From the NCBI RefSeq assembly GCF_964355755.1, contig NC_092671.1, positions 13,392,001 through 13,456,000 on the forward strand: DNA of 64,000 nucleotides, in the 5' to 3' direction. The notes under the pieces were generated by a model, which did no database searches, was not told where the DNA came from, and saw nothing but the letters and a program-made list of their open reading frames with translations. This document shows, one piece after another, positions 59,062-64,000 of the stretch. The stretch comes from Antedon mediterranea (taxonomy: Eukaryota; Animalia; Echinodermata). Within the stretch, counting starts at the first letter, position 1. Each line of letters opens with the position of its first letter. Made by a program: the position numbers and the translations under genes.

Positions 59062-62000
59062 TTAATCTGGTGGGAGGAGTTCATGTAACCTATAACGATC
59101 TCGCACTAATGGCCGAACATCACCCTTCTGCAAGAAATGAAAGAAAATGCTATTGAATTTCAGAAATATATACACACATTATTGAATTTAAATGGAATAG
59201 GAAATACACACTACCAAAAAGCCGCAAGGTCTTTTGATTAATAGAATTTCTGTTTTTCATCTGGCGTTACTTTTTGAGTTTTGCCCTCTTCCTTCATATT
59301 ACAATTTATATTGGATTTTTGTTCATATTGTATGTGGAAGAAATTTGCTTTGTGGTATGTTTAAAGCAAAGAATATAAATAGGTAAAGAATCAACAGTAC
59401 GCGCTGTTAAGCATAGAAGGATAGGAAACGCGGACGTGCTTTCATGGACGCGTAAGAATCCAGTAGCCGAATGACGGCGGGCTCTAGATATGGTTCCCGT
59501 CTAATCTAATTAAATCCCACATTTGGATGGGTCGTGTTGATCTGGATGTGTTCACGCGTCTGTGCTCTACTAATTTTGATATTATTAATATTTTGAAATG
59601 GTGATGTTGATAAATAATCATCATTTGCATTTTTATACATGTGTTTATTTTGGTGGTGTCGCACGTCATTCGCTGAAAGTTTTACCTTACCTACGCCTGA
59701 AGGTGGCGCACTTCTTCTAGCGGAAAAAGAAGTGCGCCACCTTCAGGCGTAGGTAAATAGTAACCCGGATGTGGTTTATGCCGCCAACGGAACTGTTGTA
59801 TCTTCTCCTTTTATTATCTTTGGTTTAAGTTCAATTATTTGTTACATACATAGAAATGAATTGGTTTAGTAAAAACAAATCAACTGTTGATGGTAAAAGT
59901 GGCAATAAGAACAGAGTCTACAACTTCATTTTTCATCATTTCAAAATTGTCATATGTTCTTTATTATTGATTTAATACCTTTGCTACAAGATCTTCCAAG
60001 AAAGGAATAAGCTTCAACAATTCTGTGTCTCCCTCATCAGTAAACCAACTCTCTATAGGGATGCCATTCTCAAGCTATATCAAGAAAACAAATACAATTT
60101 ATCATTGCAAGACATAAATAAAGTAGGAAGTTCATTAATTATAAGAGATTGTAAAGGTAAAGTACAGTATCAGACTTTTTAGTGAATTTTTAAACAGAAA
60201 TGGTGGCTTATTTTAGAATTCAAGGTGGTACTAATAAGAATGTGGTGGTGACTGGTATTATGTCATACTGACTGACAAATGGGGGCGTTTGCTCTGTAAC
60301 ACATTTTGGTTAGCAATATATAGTTGGTTTTAAAACTGTTCTACTTGCATCGGTTTAAGACAGAGGTTGGTTTTTATTCTTAACCCCATGTACAACCCAA
60401 TATTATCTTACCTGATAGCCAAAAGCTTGAGGTGAGTTATCAATGATAACCGTCTTAGTAAGATCTCGGCCTAGGATTGACAGATCTTTAATGTAGTTTC
60501 CCTGAACACAAATACAGTGATCCCTAAATAACCTGTGCCTGTAGAGATGTAAAAGAAATGATGTCACTCATTTGATTTTTTTTAAACACATCCAACAGCA
60601 AGTTAAAAACACCAAGCTACAGTTCCACTAATTATTACTACTAAATTCGTTTTAATCGTCAATAACTAATTATCTAACTTAATTTAATTAGTAAACAGGG
60701 TTACATCAGGTGGTTAAAATCAGTACCGAAAGTACGAACCAACTTTACATACCATCGAGTAAAAATTCTAGAAGTAAGGCGCGATTTACCGAATTTTGCC
60801 CTTACGTAAATTTATATATAGATACTTATCTTTTTTTTCCAATTGCATGAAATAAGTTTATGCATTTTTGAAAATTAATTTATGATTTATACCCTGTAAG
60901 ACAAGTATTCACATTAATGTTTAATGTGAATATGTTTTAAAGCAATTGTGTTCACAATAGAAAGCACTTACTTGACAAGTTTGTGTTCAGGATCTAATAA
61001 GTCCAGTAATTTGTTAGCGTAAACCTTCTTAGAAGCTGTAAACAAGATGATTTCATAGTATTTGGACATTCGTTCTAAGAACTCACGGTAGAACGGCCTG
61101 GTCCGTACATACACCTGTCAAAAATAAGATATTTGTAAGCATTGCTATATCAACTATAATATGCGTTTTAAGTCTTATACTATATTGTTGAATGTTGAGG
61201 AAATACATGTCCAACTCATGGTCTGTTAATGTTAAATTACTGTCTTTTTTGCCTACCATTATAAAACTATTATGTAGTGCAACTGTTTCATCAGTATGGT
61301 ATGCAAGGACTAGAACCCTGTGGCCGTATTGATCAATCACGCTTAAGCGAGATATTTCCCTTAAATATTAAGTATTTTACTTAACTCAATAAATGTTAAG
61401 TATTTTCCTTAAAATTAATTGTATTCACTTAGATAGATTTTTTTAATTTTAAGGGTTTCCCTTAGGCTAAGTGTGAATGGTGAATATTTGAAAAGAATCT
61501 GTCACTACTCTTCTCATCCTCATTTCCCTTCACTCTAACCTTATATCCATCGTATTGAACTTACTTGGTATGTCACATCCTGGAACAGGACTGGAAAAGA
61601 CATGTTGCAGTTGTCCATCTCTTGTAAGCTACAGTGTACAATAGTCTCATCCTTAAAAAAATAAAACAGTTATTATAAATACCTTAAACCGAAACATTAA
61701 AAGTGACTCATTCAGGAAGATGGCATCTTGTTTATATTCATTATTTCTAACAAAATTAATGTTACCAATTTCTCACCACAACTTACATCACAACTTTACT
61801 AATAAAATTTTTTTTTAATGTAAATTGTTTTTATCAAAATGCATTATTATAACACATAATTGCAGAAAATTCATTATAACTTACAATAGAAGAAAATGCA
61901 TTATAACACATAACAGCAGAGTAAGGCTAGAGATATTAAATATCCTTAGATAAATCAACATTGATGTAATGGAAACCTTCAACTTTTATTACATAATCAA

Positions 62001-63832
62001 TCATCCACAAATCAAATGGCAATATAAGTAGTGATAAAATAATTCCTAACCAACTGTAATTCATCCAATCATTGTAGATCTTGGACTACCATCATAACAG
62101 TATAACTAATAATAACTAGATACATTTTAAACACACATAAAAAGGCACTTAGCCAAATGTCACAGAGCACTGTCCCTGAAACAGGGACATTTTTAAGTTG
62201 ATTTTTTATTTAAATATGTGTTTGTATCTTATTTATATTTTTGGATGGAACAGTAGCAATACATTCTAATAATTCATCTTGGTTGGGGTGGCTTATTCTC
62301 ATTCTCACATATTTTATATATCTTAACTTTTAACAAATTAATTTCCAGTATATTAACCAAAATAATTAATGTAATGTAACCTATTAATGCAACCTAAATC
62401 TATATACCTGTTTCTAAACCACTTAAATAAACACACAAGAGATCCCATCAATTCAATAATATCTTATTATAGCCTGAATAGCATATGGTTTATCCATAAT
62501 CTACATAGGTCAAGGGGCATGTTTAACACATATATAATAAATAAAAGAAATAGTTCTATCACATAAATTGTAATAAGAGAATTTTCAGGCATGCTCTACA
62601 TTAATCATAACCAAATTACATAAAATTAACTCCTTTAGGCATGCAATATGTCTAGCCATATAGATTTTGTTCGTATTTAATGAAAATTAATCCCAACAAG
62701 TGCTCTGTTCTGAAACTGTAAGACCATTCAGGTACAGATTCAAGTCTTCTGTCATATAACAGGAAAAAACAAGACATAGGCACAGCTGTCATAGCTGTCA
62801 AAAGAACTTCCTTCCAAGCACGGTAAATGATTCACTCATTTCAATGTTAACTTTAACGGTCAAAAATTACATTGCAAATCTATTTCCTAATGTATTTTTA
62901 ATGTATTGTTAACAGATAAAAAGCGCAGGGTGGGTGCCAACAAGTTAGGGGGTGGTGTTTAAATAATATTAGGTTATAAAAGAGACTTGCTGGGTGTTAA
63001 TAACAAATTAAACCAGATGGAACAAATCTCTGCGGGGTGACTCCGCCCAGGACAACTTCAGTCATGCATAATGTTCTTAGCTTTATAAGAATAAGAACAA
63101 TAAATATCTTACAAATTTGGAGTGGCTTCTTCGGATAATGGTGATATTAGGCTGAGTAGATGAACTTAAAATAATGGGGGTTTTTTTTAGCTGGAAGAGG
63201 GAGTGAAGGCAATATAATTCTCATAATTAATTAATTAATTAACTACATACCTACATGTTATATAAACACTAGCAATGGAATCTTCATAAGTTAATGTTCA
63301 CTTTTCATTAATAAGACATTGCAATTTTCAATTACGTTTTGTGTGCAATATGGTTGTATAACATCCCTGTTTTACCCTAAATATGTAAAATTGTTATCAC
63401 TATTTATTCAAACATGCACTCCAACTAATTGTTTGGTGCACAAAACAAATAATATCCAGCTTGTAAATCTGTATACTGCCTTGCATACTTTTAAAGATCA
63501 TCTCAAGGAGGCTAGGGCTGGATGGCTGCACATTCATATTGGCAAATGCTCCTTCTTTCTAGGAATCCCTTGTATTGAAAAGTGTACTTTGCCAATTTAC
63601 TTATTTCAAATATACAGGCCTTTAAACACATTTTTTTGGGGTCGCCTGCACCTCATCCCATGTTAGCACTACCCACGACTCATACATGTTGTGTTTTGAC
63701 ATTTGTAAACTCACCAGGTCCACTACTAAACAGTATTCAGGTGCGCTGCGAGTCTTGAGGGGAAGTACAGGATCTCGGCTACTTAGGTCACAGACTTCCT
63801 GCAGTGGCGGAAGCTGCTTAATGAAATAATAT
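59062..63832 (-). CDS. CTDSPL2: CTD small phosphatase-like protein 2 (SCP4), 3' six exons; the gene continues beyond the window
   Basis: Minus-strand exons 63832-63715, 61651-61565, 61114-60972, 60538-60412, 60074-59979, 59127-59062: [10 protein letters not shown]...[19 protein letters not shown]|DETIVHCSL...VYVRTRP...FTASKKVYA...[19 protein letters not shown]...[12 protein letters not shown]|[11 protein letters not shown]...[14 protein letters not shown] motif DLDET present. Confidence 0.96.
59687..59756. repeat. Perfect 30-bp inverted repeat with a 10-nt spacer in the last CTDSPL2 intron
   Basis: ttacctacgcctgaaggtggcgcacttctt-ctagcggaaa-aagaagtgcgccaccttcaggcgtaggtaa. Confidence 0.92.
61322..61487. 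mobile_element. MITE family 2 copy
   Basis: ggccgtattgatcaatcacgcttaag...cttaggctaagtgtgaatggtgaatat; related to 18479-18810. Confidence 0.6.
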
Positions 63833-64000
63833 CTAAGCGAAGAAAAAACACAGCAAAAAATAAACAAGGCTGCAAATTATATTGAAAGAATTGAAAAAAA
63901 AATGTTAGAAATTTAAAAATTATTGATTAAGACTAAATAATATTAATAGTAATAATTTATTTTTAATTGCTGGTGTCCAAAAAAAAGGTTCAGATGGCAA

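Overview
AT-rich, intron-rich animal genomic DNA. It is probably from a marine invertebrate deuterostome such as an echinoderm, which is an inference from gene content and composition. Hand-splicing at GT/GC-AG sites gives seven protein-coding genes. (1) An intact NOX5 (30..11951, +). (2) A tandem NOX5 paralog with an intact catalytic core but degenerate Ca2+-binding EF-hands (15031..21610, +). (3) An 8-exon, signal-anchored flavoprotein resembling bacterial CrtU/CruE aromatic-carotenoid (phi/chi-ring) synthases (22243..25915, +). (4) An 11-beta-HSD1-like SDR (28307..34377, +). (5) TTI2 (35338..48375, -). (6) A MIEN1/SELENOW2-type selenoprotein with an in-frame TGA, a CaaX box and a SECIS (52739..54342, +), which the ORF track misses. 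(7) The 3' part of CTDSPL2 (59062..63832, -). There is also a possible spliced non-coding transcript starting at a TCT/TOP-like site, divergent from the selenoprotein gene. Repeats include a 5'-truncated LINE, several MITE families, Helentron-associated elements, micro- and minisatellites and long hairpins. The most interesting signals are the intron-containing CrtU-like gene within a co-oriented run of redox genes, the EF-hand-degenerate NOX5 copy and the recoded selenoprotein. All homology calls come from remembered family motifs; no database search was run.
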